NCBI GenBank assembly: GCA_965261915.1 | Contig: CBDHDW010000013.1 | Coordinates: 1,209,813 to 1,273,812 of the forward strand | Source: Candidatus Poriferihabitaceae bacterium | GTDB lineage: Bacteria > Pseudomonadota > Gammaproteobacteria > Arenicellales > Poriferihabitantaceae | Direction: 5' to 3' | DNA length: 64,000 nucleotides | Shown here: positions 19,649 through 29,406 of the stretch, piece by piece | How positions within the stretch are numbered: position 1 is the stretch's first letter | Layout of the letters: every line of letters starts with the position of its first letter | Program-made: the position numbers and the translations under genes | The notes under the pieces: model-generated | The model's input: the letters and a program-made list of their open reading frames with translations, nothing else | What the model was told of the DNA's origin: nothing | Databases searched by the model: none

Positions 19649-21349
19649 TTAAGCTACGTCCGAAATGGGTTTCTCTGAGGCAGATCCCTGGGCAATGGAA
19701 GCATTCAACGCTGCTAACGTTGCCTTTAGCATGGAACTCACGGTATCGTGGCTGGTTGCGACACCGACATGGGGATTGCCATTTACATTAAGTTCGACGT
19801 AAGCGATTGCTTCAGCACGAGTGCCCGCTGAAAGCGCGTGTTCATTATAGTTTAATACCCTGAGTTGATTGCCAGTGTGGTCTTCAAGACCTTTGATGAA
19901 AGCGCTTAACGTTCCGTGAGCTTCTCCCGTGAATTCCTCAGATGCGCCATTACAACTAATATTCGCAGTGACCGTATCACCTTTCTCTTCTTTGCTCATG
20001 GAAAATTTTGCAAGTGCAAATGGGCTGGTGTGCGTCATATAAATATCCTGAAACAATTGCCAAATTTCATCTACGGAAAGTTCACGTTCCTGATCTTCGG
20101 CCATACGCTGTACATCCTGACTAAATCGAATCTGCAGCCAACGCGGCATTTCGACACCATGATGGCTTTGCAGAACATAGGCAACACCGCCTTTTCCAGA
20201 TTGACTGTTAATTCTTACCACATCCTGATAGCTGCGGCCAAGATCTAATGGATCTATGGGTAAATACGCAACATCCCAAATTCCGTCATCTGGCGCTTCA
20301 AGGCATTTTTTAATGGCGTCCTGATGGCTGCCGGAAAATGCTGTAAATACGAGTTCCCCTGCGTAGGGATGGCGCGGATGGATGGGCAGATCATTACACT
20401 CGGTAACGCTACGAACGATTTCCGGCATGTTGGAAAAATCCAGTTCCGGATCAATTCCCTGACTGTACAAATTCATCGCCATGGTGACGATATCCATGTT
20501 TCCGGTTCGCTCACCATTGCCTAACAGAGTGCCTTCAATTCGGTCAGCCCCTCCCATGGTTGCCTGTTCAGCGGCGGCCACAGCACAACCGCGATCATTA
20601 TGCGTGTGCAGGCTGATGATGACATGCTCCCGGGATGGCAAATTTCGACAAAAATACTCTACCTGATCGGCAAAAATGTTTGCGGTTGCGGATTCCACTG
20701 TTGCGGGTAAATTCAATATTACGCGTTGCCCATTCTCTGGCTGCCATATGCGGCAAACGGCTTCGCATACTTCGATTGCATATTCGGGCTCAGTTTGTGA
20801 AAAGCTTTCAGGAGAATATTGAAAGGACCACTCCGTGTCAGGATGCTTCGCAGCATTTTCTTTTACTAACCTTGCACCATTAACCGCTATTGTCATAATT
20901 TCTTCGCGCGACATTTTGTAAGCCTTGTCACGCTGTACTTTCGACGTTGAATTGTAGACGTGAACAATGGCGCGTTTGACACCGACAAGCGACTCAAAAG
21001 TTCGCTCAATCAGATGTTGTCGAGCCTGGGTAAGTACCTGAACGGTTACGTGATCAGGAATCCGCTCCTCTTCAATCAGTTTTCGGGCAAAATCAAACTC
21101 AACCTGCGCAGCTGAAGGGAAACCAATTTCGACTTCCCTGAACCCGCAGTTCAACAGCAATTCCCAGAACCGCAATTTTTTCGATATTGTCATCGGATCA
21201 ATTAGCGCTTGATTTCCATCTCTCAGGTCAACACTGCACCACAATGGTGCCCGGTTCAGTTGTTTGTCGGGCCAGGTTCGGTCTTGAAGTTCAGGTGCAA
21301 ACTGAAAGGATGGATATTTTGTGTGGTCGTAACTGTTCACGGTACTCAT
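19649..21349 (-). CDS. leuA: 2-isopropylmalate synthase (yeast/actinobacterial-type LeuA)
   Basis: WCSVDLRDGNQAL, SLHTHNDRG, GNGERTGN, AFSGSHQDAI, VRINSQSGKGG; ATG at 21349 preferred. Confidence 0.95.
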   Translation of the reverse strand: MSTVNSYDHTKYPSFQFAPELQDRTWPDKQLNRAPLWCSVDLRDGNQALIDPMTISKKLRFWELLLNCGFREVEIGFPSAAQVEFDFARKLIEEERIPDHVTVQVLTQARQHLIERTFESLVGVKRAIVHVYNSTSKVQRDKAYKMSREEIMTIAVNGARLVKENAAKHPDTEWSFQYSPESFSQTEPEYAIEVCEAVCRIWQPENGQRVILNLPATVESATANIFADQVEYFCRNLPSREHVIISLHTHNDRGCAVAAAEQATMGGADRIEGTLLGNGERTGNMDIVTMAMNLYSQGIDPELDFSNMPEIVRSVTECNDLPIHPRHPYAGELVFTAFSGSHQDAIKKCLEAPDDGIWDVAYLPIDPLDLGRSYQDVVRINSQSGKGGVAYVLQSHHGVEMPRWLQIRFSQDVQRMAEDQERELSVDEIWQLFQDIYMTHTSPFALAKFSMSKEEKGDTVTANISCNGASEEFTGEAHGTLSAFIKGLEDHTGNQLRVLNYNEHALSAGTRAEAIAYVELNVNGNPHVGVATSHDTVSSMLKATLAALNASIAQGSASEKPISDVA

Positions 21350-21491
21350 TCCAGGTTGTTCAATTGGGAAACGGATTTTAGCCAATTTGTTTGAGTTTTT
21401 ATCCCTAAAATATCTTAATAATGGTATAAAAATCGATATAATATCTAAAAAATAATAAAAAAATAAAGAATATCACCATTTATTTCTAATT

Positions 21492-21953
21492 ATGAAGCTA
21501 GATAAAATTGACAGACAAATCCTGAGAATATTGCAAACGGACGCAAGAATTACCAATCTTGAGTTGGCGGAAAGGGTTAATCTGTCACCTACACCCTGTG
21601 CCCGCAGAGTGAAAAGATTTGAAGATGAAGGATTAATCCGCGGCACCACCACCCTGCTGGATCCGGAGTTGTTGGGTTATTCGTTAACGGCATACATTGC
21701 CGTTAGTATGCAAAAACATACCCATGACCAGTTTGCCGAGTTTGAAGAGAAGGTGGTGCGATTCCCAGAGGTTGTCGGGTGTAGTGTGGTAACTGGTCGG
21801 GCAGAGGACTATTTATTGAAAGTTGTCGTCACCAATATGAAGCATTATGAAGAGTTTCTGCTAACCCGATTAAACAGTCTTCCGGGGGTGAACAACGTGC
21901 ATACCAGTTTTGAGTTGCGTAATGTCACACCGCTCAAAGGTCTGCCGGTCTAG
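21492..21953 (+). CDS. Lrp/AsnC family transcriptional regulator, divergent from leuA
   Basis: LDKIDRQILRILQTDARITNLELAERVNLSPTPC HTH; C-terminal RAM domain. Confidence 0.95.
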   Translation: MKLDKIDRQILRILQTDARITNLELAERVNLSPTPCARRVKRFEDEGLIRGTTTLLDPELLGYSLTAYIAVSMQKHTHDQFAEFEEKVVRFPEVVGCSVVTGRAEDYLLKVVVTNMKHYEEFLLTRLNSLPGVNNVHTSFELRNVTPLKGLPV

Positions 21954-22506
21954 TCGCATAAACTGAAAGTATTAGGATTCTGGATTAATCCGGGTCTGCC
22001 ATCGCGTATATATCGATTTCGATACACCTGTTCTCGTAAGCCAAAACCGCTAATGGAACACCTGTCGTTGCGGGTCCCGGGTCGCCGAAGTACGAAGAGC
22101 GTATGGGCAGATTTTTGTGCAGGGTATCTGAATTCTGGGGCGAGTCTATAGTCCGCAGAAATTAAATCAATCCTTGCTTGATGAGCTATATCGGCGCAAA
22201 TTGAATGGTGACTCTCAAGATCGCCGAGTGAAAACCCACCACCATGAAAATATAAAATAATGGAATCACTTTTAGGTGACCTGTTTTCATAAAGACGAAC
22301 CGGAATAGGCAAACCGACTCTGCTGCGAACGGTTTTATCGGAGTGTCTAATCGTGTCTGGAATGGGTAAGGCAAAGGCTTTGCACAGATCATCATAGAAT
22401 TTCGGTTTTGTTCGATACTTCTGCTCACGGCATCTGCGGAATAGAAAGATTCAACGTCGGTCTGAAACTTCGACATTTCTTCGTCTAAATTGTATTTCGA
22501 GCCCAT
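21950..22506 (-). pseudogene. Degraded HSL-type alpha/beta hydrolase (esterase)
   Basis: Frameshift after ...SIEQNR; YFHGGGF and DYRLAPE retained; the catalytic GDSAG region is absent. Confidence 0.75.
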
Positions 22507-22654
22507 TGTCAGTCAGATTGTCAAACAGGAGTGAAAGGAATGATGGGGAGATAAATCGGTTTTTGCAAGACTATGTCAGGGTATGAGCGCTATACTTCAG
22601 ATGACCGGAGTTGATTGATTATAAAACGCGTACCGAAAAATAACAGGTGAGAAT

Positions 22655-22995
22655 ATGACTGAAGAAAAAGATCAGGACGCCGTAGCAGCGTTACGAGAAA
22701 ATCTTGAAGCCCGCGGGATTCAAGATTTGATTCCCGGTTATGAGACTGTGCAAGAAATCCTACTCAATCGCATTACAGGTGGAAAACCCTTGCGGGTTTG
22801 GTTGGTTTACTGGGTTCCTGCTTTCGCAGGAATGACGGGGGTGGTGCAGGAATGACGGGGGTGGTGCAGGAGCGACGAATGTTGGGTTTTTGCACAGTCT
22901 CTTATGTCGATATGCACGGGGTGCCTACTGAATGGCTGGGCTATCTAAATCATGTTTCCGATTGGGAGCGTGAGCGGTATTTAAAATTCTTTTAG
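22655..22995 (+). pseudogene. Glutamine synthetase-like (GlnT/type III glutamate-ammonia ligase-like) remnant, internally deleted and interrupted by a MITE
   Basis: Removing the MITE gives an in-frame 58-aa ORF MTEEK...GYVDMHGVP|TEWLGYLNHVSDWERERYLKFF*, which joins the GS N-terminal motif directly to the GS C-terminal helix. Confidence 0.7.
22742..22901. mobile_element. 160-bp MITE with REP-like palindrome, copy A
   Basis: 12-bp perfect TIRs GAGACTGTGCAA / TTGCACAGTCTC; 4-bp TSD TTAT (22738-41, 22902-05); internal TTCCTGC-TTTC-GCAGGAA hairpin plus 2 x 20-bp GCAGGAATGACGGGGGTGGT. Confidence 0.85.
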
Positions 22996-23030
22996 GCTGA
23001 TGAATCTCACCCCATCTGGTTTACCTGTCA

Positions 23031-23798
23031 TTGAGTACTGAAAAACAGCTTGTCGACGTTGAAGACATCGAATTTGTAAAGCAAATCAAGGATGATGGTT
23101 TTGCGGAAACCTGGGTCGCAAAATACCAGGAGAAGAAATGGTTATACAAAAAATACCGTTTCCGGTTTTGGTGGGGTCGACTGGCCAATCCTTTTTCGAA
23201 AAAATGGGCGCGCAATGAAATGGCAATATGCGAAGCATTACGCGGGGTTCCCGGTACCGTAAATAATTATCTGAAGGTTAGCGAACAGGCGTTTTTGCGA
23301 GAATGGGTTGAAGGTGTGGATCTGGGCCAGAGGAAGCTCCAGGGAAGGGTTCCGGGAAACGCATTTTTCGAGGAATTACGAAGCAATGTTGAAAAAATCC
23401 ATGAAAGAGGCATTGCCTATAACGATCTCGCAAAGAAATATAACGTTGTGGTTACTGAAGATGACCACCCCGTATTAATTGATTACCAGATTTCCATGCG
23501 TCGCTATCAGGGACGAAATCCTGTTCGACGAAAACTCAACCATCGTTTTATTCGCTATATGCAAAGCGAAGATCTGCGTCATGTGGTTAAACTAAAGCGC
23601 CGGAATAATCCTGGTTTGCTCACTGCGGAAGAGGAAGCGGCAAGTTATGCGCTGCCAAAAGGCGGGCGTGCTCTGCGAAAAATGATTACGCAGCCGGCGA
23701 GAATGATTAAAAGAGCTATTTATCCAAGCGGGTCAAACGAAACCTTTCGATTGAGTAAAAAGTATCGCGAGAGAAAAAAGGGTTACGTACAGAAATAA
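23031..23798 (+). CDS. Protein-kinase-like (RIO1/Kdo-like) phosphotransferase
   Basis: Kinase-fold landmarks: beta3 Lys (KKYR), alphaC Glu (ARNE), catalytic loop YNDLAKKYN, DFG-equivalent IDYQ. Start codon uncertain (TTG). Confidence 0.7.
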   Translation: MSTEKQLVDVEDIEFVKQIKDDGFAETWVAKYQEKKWLYKKYRFRFWWGRLANPFSKKWARNEMAICEALRGVPGTVNNYLKVSEQAFLREWVEGVDLGQRKLQGRVPGNAFFEELRSNVEKIHERGIAYNDLAKKYNVVVTEDDHPVLIDYQISMRRYQGRNPVRRKLNHRFIRYMQSEDLRHVVKLKRRNNPGLLTAEEEAASYALPKGGRALRKMITQPARMIKRAIYPSGSNETFRLSKKYRERKKGYVQK

Positions 23799-23799
23799 T

Positions 23800-24876
23800 A
23801 TGCCAAAGCTTCGTAAACATTTGCGGTCACTAAAGCCTTACCCCATTCCCGTCAAACCGGAAATGGTTGAGGATACACTGCTACGGCTTGATGCCAACGA
23901 GAATTTCTCCGAGCTGAACCCTGAGGTAATACAAGCTGCCGAACGTGCGTGTTCAGAAAGTCAGGGCTATCCCGATGATTTTGCACAACCGCTTCGTTCG
24001 CAAATTGCGCTTGTTCATCGCATTGATCCAGAATGTATCGCATGTGGCAGGGGAGCGATGGAGTTAATCTCGCTGTTGGTAAACTTGTATCTCGAGCCTG
24101 GGACGAATGCAGTGGTCAGTGAGTTTGGGTATCTGTACTTCCGAACCGCAATTGCCTATTCTGGTGCTGAAACACTGATTGCGCCAGAAAAGAATTTAAC
24201 CGTTGACATTGAATCTGTTTTACACGCTATAAATCCCGAAACCCGAATGGTATTTTTGGCTAACCCGGGCAATCCCAGCGGCACTATCATTAGCAATGAG
24301 GAAATAGAGCGGTTAAGAACTAAAATGCCTGATGACGTTCTGCTGGTGCTGGATGAGGCTTATTTTGAATACATCGATCCAACTCGCCTGAATCCCAATT
24401 TTCACCTTGTTGAATCATCTGACACCGTTGTACTTCGCACATTTTCCAAGATTTATGGATTAGCCGGCTATCGCGCGGGTTGGGCTTATCTACCGAAACT
24501 GGTGGCGCATGATATTCGTATTATTCAACAGCCCAATACGGTGTCTCACGTCAGTCAGATGGCAGCAAAGGCTGCCATGTCCCAGCAGGCGGCAGCGATA
24601 GCGTTGCGAGAGCAAAATCAACGAATCCGAAATACGTTTGCAAATAAACTGGAAGACCTGGAGCTGTCAGTAGTGCCTTCCAATACCAACTTTGTGTTAG
24701 TCAAATTTGATTGTCCTGATACTGCAGCATTTCTTCAGCAATCTTTGCGTAAAAATGGCATTTTGGTTCGTCCAATGAATGCATATCAATTGCCAGATTA
24801 TTTGAGAATTACCATTGGATCAGAATCGGATATGGCACGCGTTGCTGCAGAAATTGAACGGCTGCTTGATCAGTAG
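23800..24876 (+). CDS. Histidinol-phosphate aminotransferase-like PLP enzyme (HisC family)
   Basis: LDANEN, YPD, LANPGNPSG, LDEAYFEY, RTFSKIYGLAGYRAGW, LRITIG. Confidence 0.88.
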   Translation: MPKLRKHLRSLKPYPIPVKPEMVEDTLLRLDANENFSELNPEVIQAAERACSESQGYPDDFAQPLRSQIALVHRIDPECIACGRGAMELISLLVNLYLEPGTNAVVSEFGYLYFRTAIAYSGAETLIAPEKNLTVDIESVLHAINPETRMVFLANPGNPSGTIISNEEIERLRTKMPDDVLLVLDEAYFEYIDPTRLNPNFHLVESSDTVVLRTFSKIYGLAGYRAGWAYLPKLVAHDIRIIQQPNTVSHVSQMAAKAAMSQQAAAIALREQNQRIRNTFANKLEDLELSVVPSNTNFVLVKFDCPDTAAFLQQSLRKNGILVRPMNAYQLPDYLRITIGSESDMARVAAEIERLLDQ

Positions 24877-24912
24877 GTCTTTTAATTGTCATGTGATGGG
24901 GTTGTTCAAGAT

Positions 24913-25401
24913 TCACATTTGCATTTCGAATACGTAGTCATCCATTACATAACCCCCACCGATATCCATAACCACCGCTTTTGTTCGGCTGAAACCAATA
25001 TTCTCGTACGCGGAAATGGCCAGTGCATTATTTTTGTTTACGGTAAGTTGTATTTTTTCAAAGCGGTTATCGCGTGCATAGCGCTGACAAAACGCAACCC
25101 CTTCCCGGCCCAAACCTTGCCCGCGCGCACTGTCGTGGACGTACAATTTACTTAAAAACAAAGTGCTTTCGCGATGTTGCAACCCAATATAGCCTACTAG
25201 CTGTTGATCTGTTGTTATCATGAAATAGTGATATTGCTGATGCTCTATCTGATCTGTCAATGCCGATACCGATTGAAACTTTTCCAGCATATAGTCAACC
25301 TGCGCTTGACCGATAATCGGTACGTAATGCTGATTCCAGATTATTTCTCCCAAGGCAACAATGGCTGCTATATCCTGTCTGGTTTTAGCTTGTAAGATCA
25401 T
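24913..25401 (-). CDS. GNAT N-acetyltransferase
   Basis: LSKLYV...RGQGLGR, LTVNKNN..AISAYENIGF, GGGYVMDDYV; ATG at 25401 preferred. Confidence 0.9.
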   Translation of the reverse strand: MILQAKTRQDIAAIVALGEIIWNQHYVPIIGQAQVDYMLEKFQSVSALTDQIEHQQYHYFMITTDQQLVGYIGLQHRESTLFLSKLYVHDSARGQGLGREGVAFCQRYARDNRFEKIQLTVNKNNALAISAYENIGFSRTKAVVMDIGGGYVMDDYVFEMQM

Positions 25402-25476
25402 ATGAAATAAATTGTATTTTATACGACCCGATGGAATCAGCCTAAGCACGATCGTAAAAAACAGTTTTCTCATTCG

Positions 25477-26532
25477 CTATATATGTTCGGGATAGTAATG
25501 AGCGGCAATTTCAGGGTAACTGCGAACCCACCGCTGCCAGTACTTTTCACCAAATACGGTTGGCCTGTTCTGGTTGTCCATACCTTTGCTTCCACGGGTT
25601 AGTTGGGCGTGAGAAGCCATAATACCTTCGTTACTGTGACGCGGACTGTTTTTCGCCGTATTAATAAGCTCTGTTGAGATAGGGAGTGGCGATAGTGAGG
25701 TGTTTAAATCCGGACTGTAAAAAAATGCACAGGAGTATCTTTCATTGTCGTTAGTATTCGTCACTCGGTGAGGCGTAGCGATGAAGTAGTTTTGTGTCAT
25801 TAATTGCAGTAATTCCCCGGTATTAACCACAAAGCTGCCATTTAGCGGATCGACGTTAATCCATTTATTTGAGTTGGTTTGCGCTTCCAGACCGGCATTT
25901 TCGTCCTGCAGCAGCAATGTTAAAAATCCCGAATCCTTATGCGTGCCAACACCTTGTCCGCCATCAACCGTTTTGGGGTAGCGAACCAATTTGGTATACG
26001 GAGCAGGATCACCGCCGAAAACATTTTCGATATGATTTTCCTCGAGCCCTAGTGACAAGGACATCAATCGCAGTATTTGCCGTGACAGCGCTGACAATTG
26101 ACTAATAAATTGTGTGACGGTTTCACGAAATCCAGGAATCAGCATTTCATCAGGCCACTGATTGGGGCCAATGAGTGCCATATAGTAAGGCTCGGGATTG
26201 GAAATGACTTCTCGATCTATTCCAAGATCGATTTGTTCTCGATAATCGGTTTGATGGTTGGTTAATTCAGAGCCGAGTTTCTCCCAGCCGCGAAACTGGG
26301 GAGAATTGACTTTATCGATTTTTATTTTCTCGGATTCGGGCAACGCGAAGAACCGTTTTTGCTGTGCAAGAAAATGGTCACAATCCTGCGGACTGATACG
26401 GTGATTTATAATGTAGAAAAAACCAATGTTATGACAGATATCGCTAATTTGTTCAGCCAGATATTTTTTCCGAGTCTCGTCGTTTGAAAACCACGGGTCA
26501 AAATCAACAATGGGGATTGGCGGGTTTGGCAT
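25477..26532 (-). CDS. Isopenicillin N synthase-family 2OG-Fe(II) oxygenase
   Basis: IPIVDF, GFFYIINH, HKD...H iron ligands (HKDSGFLTLL, ATPHRV), RYS motif. Confidence 0.92.
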   Translation of the reverse strand: MPNPPIPIVDFDPWFSNDETRKKYLAEQISDICHNIGFFYIINHRISPQDCDHFLAQQKRFFALPESEKIKIDKVNSPQFRGWEKLGSELTNHQTDYREQIDLGIDREVISNPEPYYMALIGPNQWPDEMLIPGFRETVTQFISQLSALSRQILRLMSLSLGLEENHIENVFGGDPAPYTKLVRYPKTVDGGQGVGTHKDSGFLTLLLQDENAGLEAQTNSNKWINVDPLNGSFVVNTGELLQLMTQNYFIATPHRVTNTNDNERYSCAFFYSPDLNTSLSPLPISTELINTAKNSPRHSNEGIMASHAQLTRGSKGMDNQNRPTVFGEKYWQRWVRSYPEIAAHYYPEHI

Positions 26533-26729
26533 CGACGTTATAATTTAATGAAAACCACGGCGGAATCAGGTTTCCAAGTTTCTGGACACGATTTTACTGA
26601 CATGGTGTTATTGGCATGCAGGAAGTCGCAATCGAGCGTTCTGTTTTGCTTATTGTAATCCGAAACAGAATTGCCCAAAGCGTTGGAGTATGTAAATATT
26701 CAAGAACATGAATCCTCTAAGCCAGCAAA

Positions 26730-27350
26730 ATGAGTCAATCTGAACTTCCGCATCACAGTCATGGTCCCAGTGATATTGAGGTTCGTGTGCAAAAACTGGA
26801 ATCGCTTCTGATTGAAAAGGGATTGGTAAACCCAGAAACCATTGATGCACTTGTCGATACCTATGAGAATCGAGTGGGACCCAAAAATGGTGCCCGTGTG
26901 GTAGCAAAAGCGTGGCTCGATTCTGAATATAAAGCGCGGTTAATGGATAATGCAACCGAAGCGATAAAGGAACTGGGTTACGCTGGCAGGCAAGGAGAGC
27001 ATATGCAGGTGGTTGAAAATACTGACGAGATTCATAACCTTGTGGTTTGTACCTTATGCTCCTGCTACCCCTGGCCGGTCTTAGGATTGCCCCCCACGTG
27101 GTACAAGGCATCCAGTTACAGGGCGAGAGCGGTGAATGAGCCTCGCTCGGTGCTGCGAGAGTTTGGAGTTGAGCTGGATCCATCCGTAGAGGTTCGGGTT
27201 TGGGACTCCACCGCGGAAATTCGGTATCTGGTGCTTCCGAAAAGGCCCGACAAAACAGCGGGGTTGTCTGAAGAAGTACTTGCCGCACTGGTGACGCGAG
27301 ATTCGATGATTGGTGTCGCATTTGCGGGAACCGCTGGCGGCAATACATGA
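26730..27350 (+). CDS. nthA: Nitrile hydratase alpha subunit, cobalt type
   Basis: [12 protein letters not shown]; CTLCSC is the Co-type signature. Confidence 0.96.
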   Translation: MSQSELPHHSHGPSDIEVRVQKLESLLIEKGLVNPETIDALVDTYENRVGPKNGARVVAKAWLDSEYKARLMDNATEAIKELGYAGRQGEHMQVVENTDEIHNLVVCTLCSCYPWPVLGLPPTWYKASSYRARAVNEPRSVLREFGVELDPSVEVRVWDSTAEIRYLVLPKRPDKTAGLSEEVLAALVTRDSMIGVAFAGTAGGNT

Positions 27351-27994
27351 ACTCAACTCATGACCTCGGCGGGATGCATGGATTTGGAGAAATTGAGCAA
27401 AATCAGACCGAAAACTTTGTACATTCCTGGGAAGAAAAAGTATTTGGGCTAACCCTGGCTTGTGGTTTGCTCGGAGAGTGGAATCTTGATGAATCGAGAT
27501 CTGCTCGAGAGCAGATGAATCCGGCTGAGTACTTACAAAGCAGCTACTATGAGCATTGGCTGCATGGACTGGAAACACTATTATTGGAAAAGAACCTGAT
27601 TAAGATAGATGAACTGGAATCAGGAACATCAGCGGACCAGTACAACGGAAACTCAGCGAAGCCAGATCAACTTGATGATATTTTACGGCGCGGCGGACCC
27701 ACGGAAATGCGGGCTGAATCAACAGCCCTATATCGCGTTGGCGATACTGTGTGTGTAAAGATGTTCAACCCAAAAAGCCATACACGTGCACCGCGTTATA
27801 TTCGGGGAAGATGTGGTGTGATTGCTAACCACTATGGAGCACACGTATTTCCAGATGAGAATGCAAAATCGGCAAAACGCGTACCCGCACATCTATATTG
27901 TGTGCAGTTCACTGGCATGGAAGTCTGGGGGCAGAGCGCTGAGCCTGGTACGTCGATTTTTGTGGATCTGTTTGAACCTTATCTGGTTCGTTAG
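27347..27994 (+). CDS. nthB: Nitrile hydratase beta subunit
   Basis: [38 protein letters not shown]; ATGA overlap with nthA. Confidence 0.96.
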   Translation: MNSTHDLGGMHGFGEIEQNQTENFVHSWEEKVFGLTLACGLLGEWNLDESRSAREQMNPAEYLQSSYYEHWLHGLETLLLEKNLIKIDELESGTSADQYNGNSAKPDQLDDILRRGGPTEMRAESTALYRVGDTVCVKMFNPKSHTRAPRYIRGRCGVIANHYGAHVFPDENAKSAKRVPAHLYCVQFTGMEVWGQSAEPGTSIFVDLFEPYLVR

Positions 27995-27996
27995 AT

Positions 27997-28266
27997 ATGC
28001 CGCCAATATCATTACTAACAAGCCAACCCGAGTCGAATGGTGAGCCTGTGTTCGATGCACCCTGGCAGGCCAGGGCATTCTCCATAGCGGTGTCGTTAAA
28101 CGAAGCGGGTTGTTTTGAATGGTCAGAATGGGCCGATGAGTTTTCGGCTTCAATTGAAGAGTACGAAAAGGAAAACAAGATCGAATCGAGTGATGATTAT
28201 TACCGTCTCTGGTTACATACACTCGAAAGGATATCTTTGAAAATGACAGATGAGTTGACCAAATAA
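27997..28266 (+). CDS. Nitrile hydratase accessory/activator protein (P14K-like)
   Basis: PVFDAPWQARAF, FEWSEW, YYRLWLHTLE; directly after nthB. Confidence 0.9.
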   Translation: MPPISLLTSQPESNGEPVFDAPWQARAFSIAVSLNEAGCFEWSEWADEFSASIEEYEKENKIESSDDYYRLWLHTLERISLKMTDELTK

Positions 28267-28268
28267 AC

Positions 28269-28592
28269 ATGGATACGACCTGTAAACCCGGAACCGCTAC
28301 TCCAACCGTCTTCATCGAAAACCCCCGAACCCGGGTTACCGAATGGCGATTCAAATCGAAAGGTGATAACACAGGATGGCATCGCCATGACTATGATTAT
28401 GCTGTGGTGCCGCTATTCGACGGAGTGCTGGAAATCGATACCGGAAATGATCAGAGAGTGATTGCATCGATGCAAAACGGAGTGCCTTACTTTAGAGAAT
28501 CGGGTGTTGAGCACGATGTCATCAACGGCAACGATTTTGAATGCGCTTTTGTTGAAGTTGAATTTTTGCAGTCAGGACAAGCAGAGGACTAA
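28269..28592 (+). CDS. Cupin-domain protein, cotranscribed with the NHase genes
   Basis: TGWHRHDYDY, GVEHDVIN, FVEVE; 2-nt gap after the accessory gene. Confidence 0.85.
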   Translation: MDTTCKPGTATPTVFIENPRTRVTEWRFKSKGDNTGWHRHDYDYAVVPLFDGVLEIDTGNDQRVIASMQNGVPYFRESGVEHDVINGNDFECAFVEVEFLQSGQAED

Positions 28593-28639
28593 ATCCCTTC
28601 AAAGTTTGATATTGGTGTTGTTAAAAAATAGGCAGGCCG

Positions 28640-29245
28640 CTATTTGCCCAATCCCAATTGCTTTCTGAAGATCGCTAGTACCAATAGTGCGGTGGTTACC
28701 ATTAACATGATCTGAAATGCCGAATTCTCAATATTCCATTCCGGAATTGACGGGATAATCAGAATAGAACTTAAAAAACTGGTGATATAAGTTAGCCTGG
28801 TTTCAGTTTCCGGGAAGTTCCACGCCTTGAAAAATGTGGGCACTGAAGCGAATGTATTCCCTGCGGTAGCCAGCAATATAGCGATTAACGGCGAATCGAC
28901 AATGCCCCAGAATATAAGCGCCATCAAGGAGAGGGCGCCGCAGGTGAGATCAAATCGGCTGAGTTTCCAGTAACCATGGCGATTGTTGAACGATGCCAAA
29001 AACACCAGTGCTGGAACGATACCGCCAACGATGACTCGAATCGACGCCCAGATATCGGCATCCGCCGAGAATGCAGCACCGATACTGATGAGGGGTGCCA
29101 GGGCCCACATAAACCATGAAACCCGGTTCGGTTTGGTTTTGCCGGATAAGGTATCCCGAAAGTAAGCATAGCCACCAATCAGCATCAGCAGGGCACTGAT
29201 GATGACCAAGATGTGAGCCAGAGAGAGGTCGGCAGGAGAAAACAT
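28640..29245 (-). CDS. Multi-pass membrane protein with PQ-loop-like duplicated helices
   Basis: 201 aa, about 7 hydrophobic segments; YFRDTLSGKTKPNRVSWFMW and PTFFKAWNFPETE halves. Confidence 0.65.
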   Translation of the reverse strand: MFSPADLSLAHILVIISALLMLIGGYAYFRDTLSGKTKPNRVSWFMWALAPLISIGAAFSADADIWASIRVIVGGIVPALVFLASFNNRHGYWKLSRFDLTCGALSLMALIFWGIVDSPLIAILLATAGNTFASVPTFFKAWNFPETETRLTYITSFLSSILIIPSIPEWNIENSAFQIMLMVTTALLVLAIFRKQLGLGK

Positions 29246-29406
29246 AACTGTTATGGAAACCCAGCCATGGGTTGGTCATTTACAGGCGGATTATATTCCT
29301 CAATAGGGCAGCGATCAGGCGATTCGAATCCTGTGTTAGCTATACCGATGATGGATAGTCAATCAGCTGCCAGACCAGTTCCGGGCGACCAAAAACACGT
29401 TTAATT

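Noticed and set aside
22826-22877. Short direct repeats as a mini-CRISPR array
   Set aside because: The units are contiguous 20-bp tandem copies with no unique spacers, lie inside a TIR/TSD-bounded MITE, and no cas genes are present.
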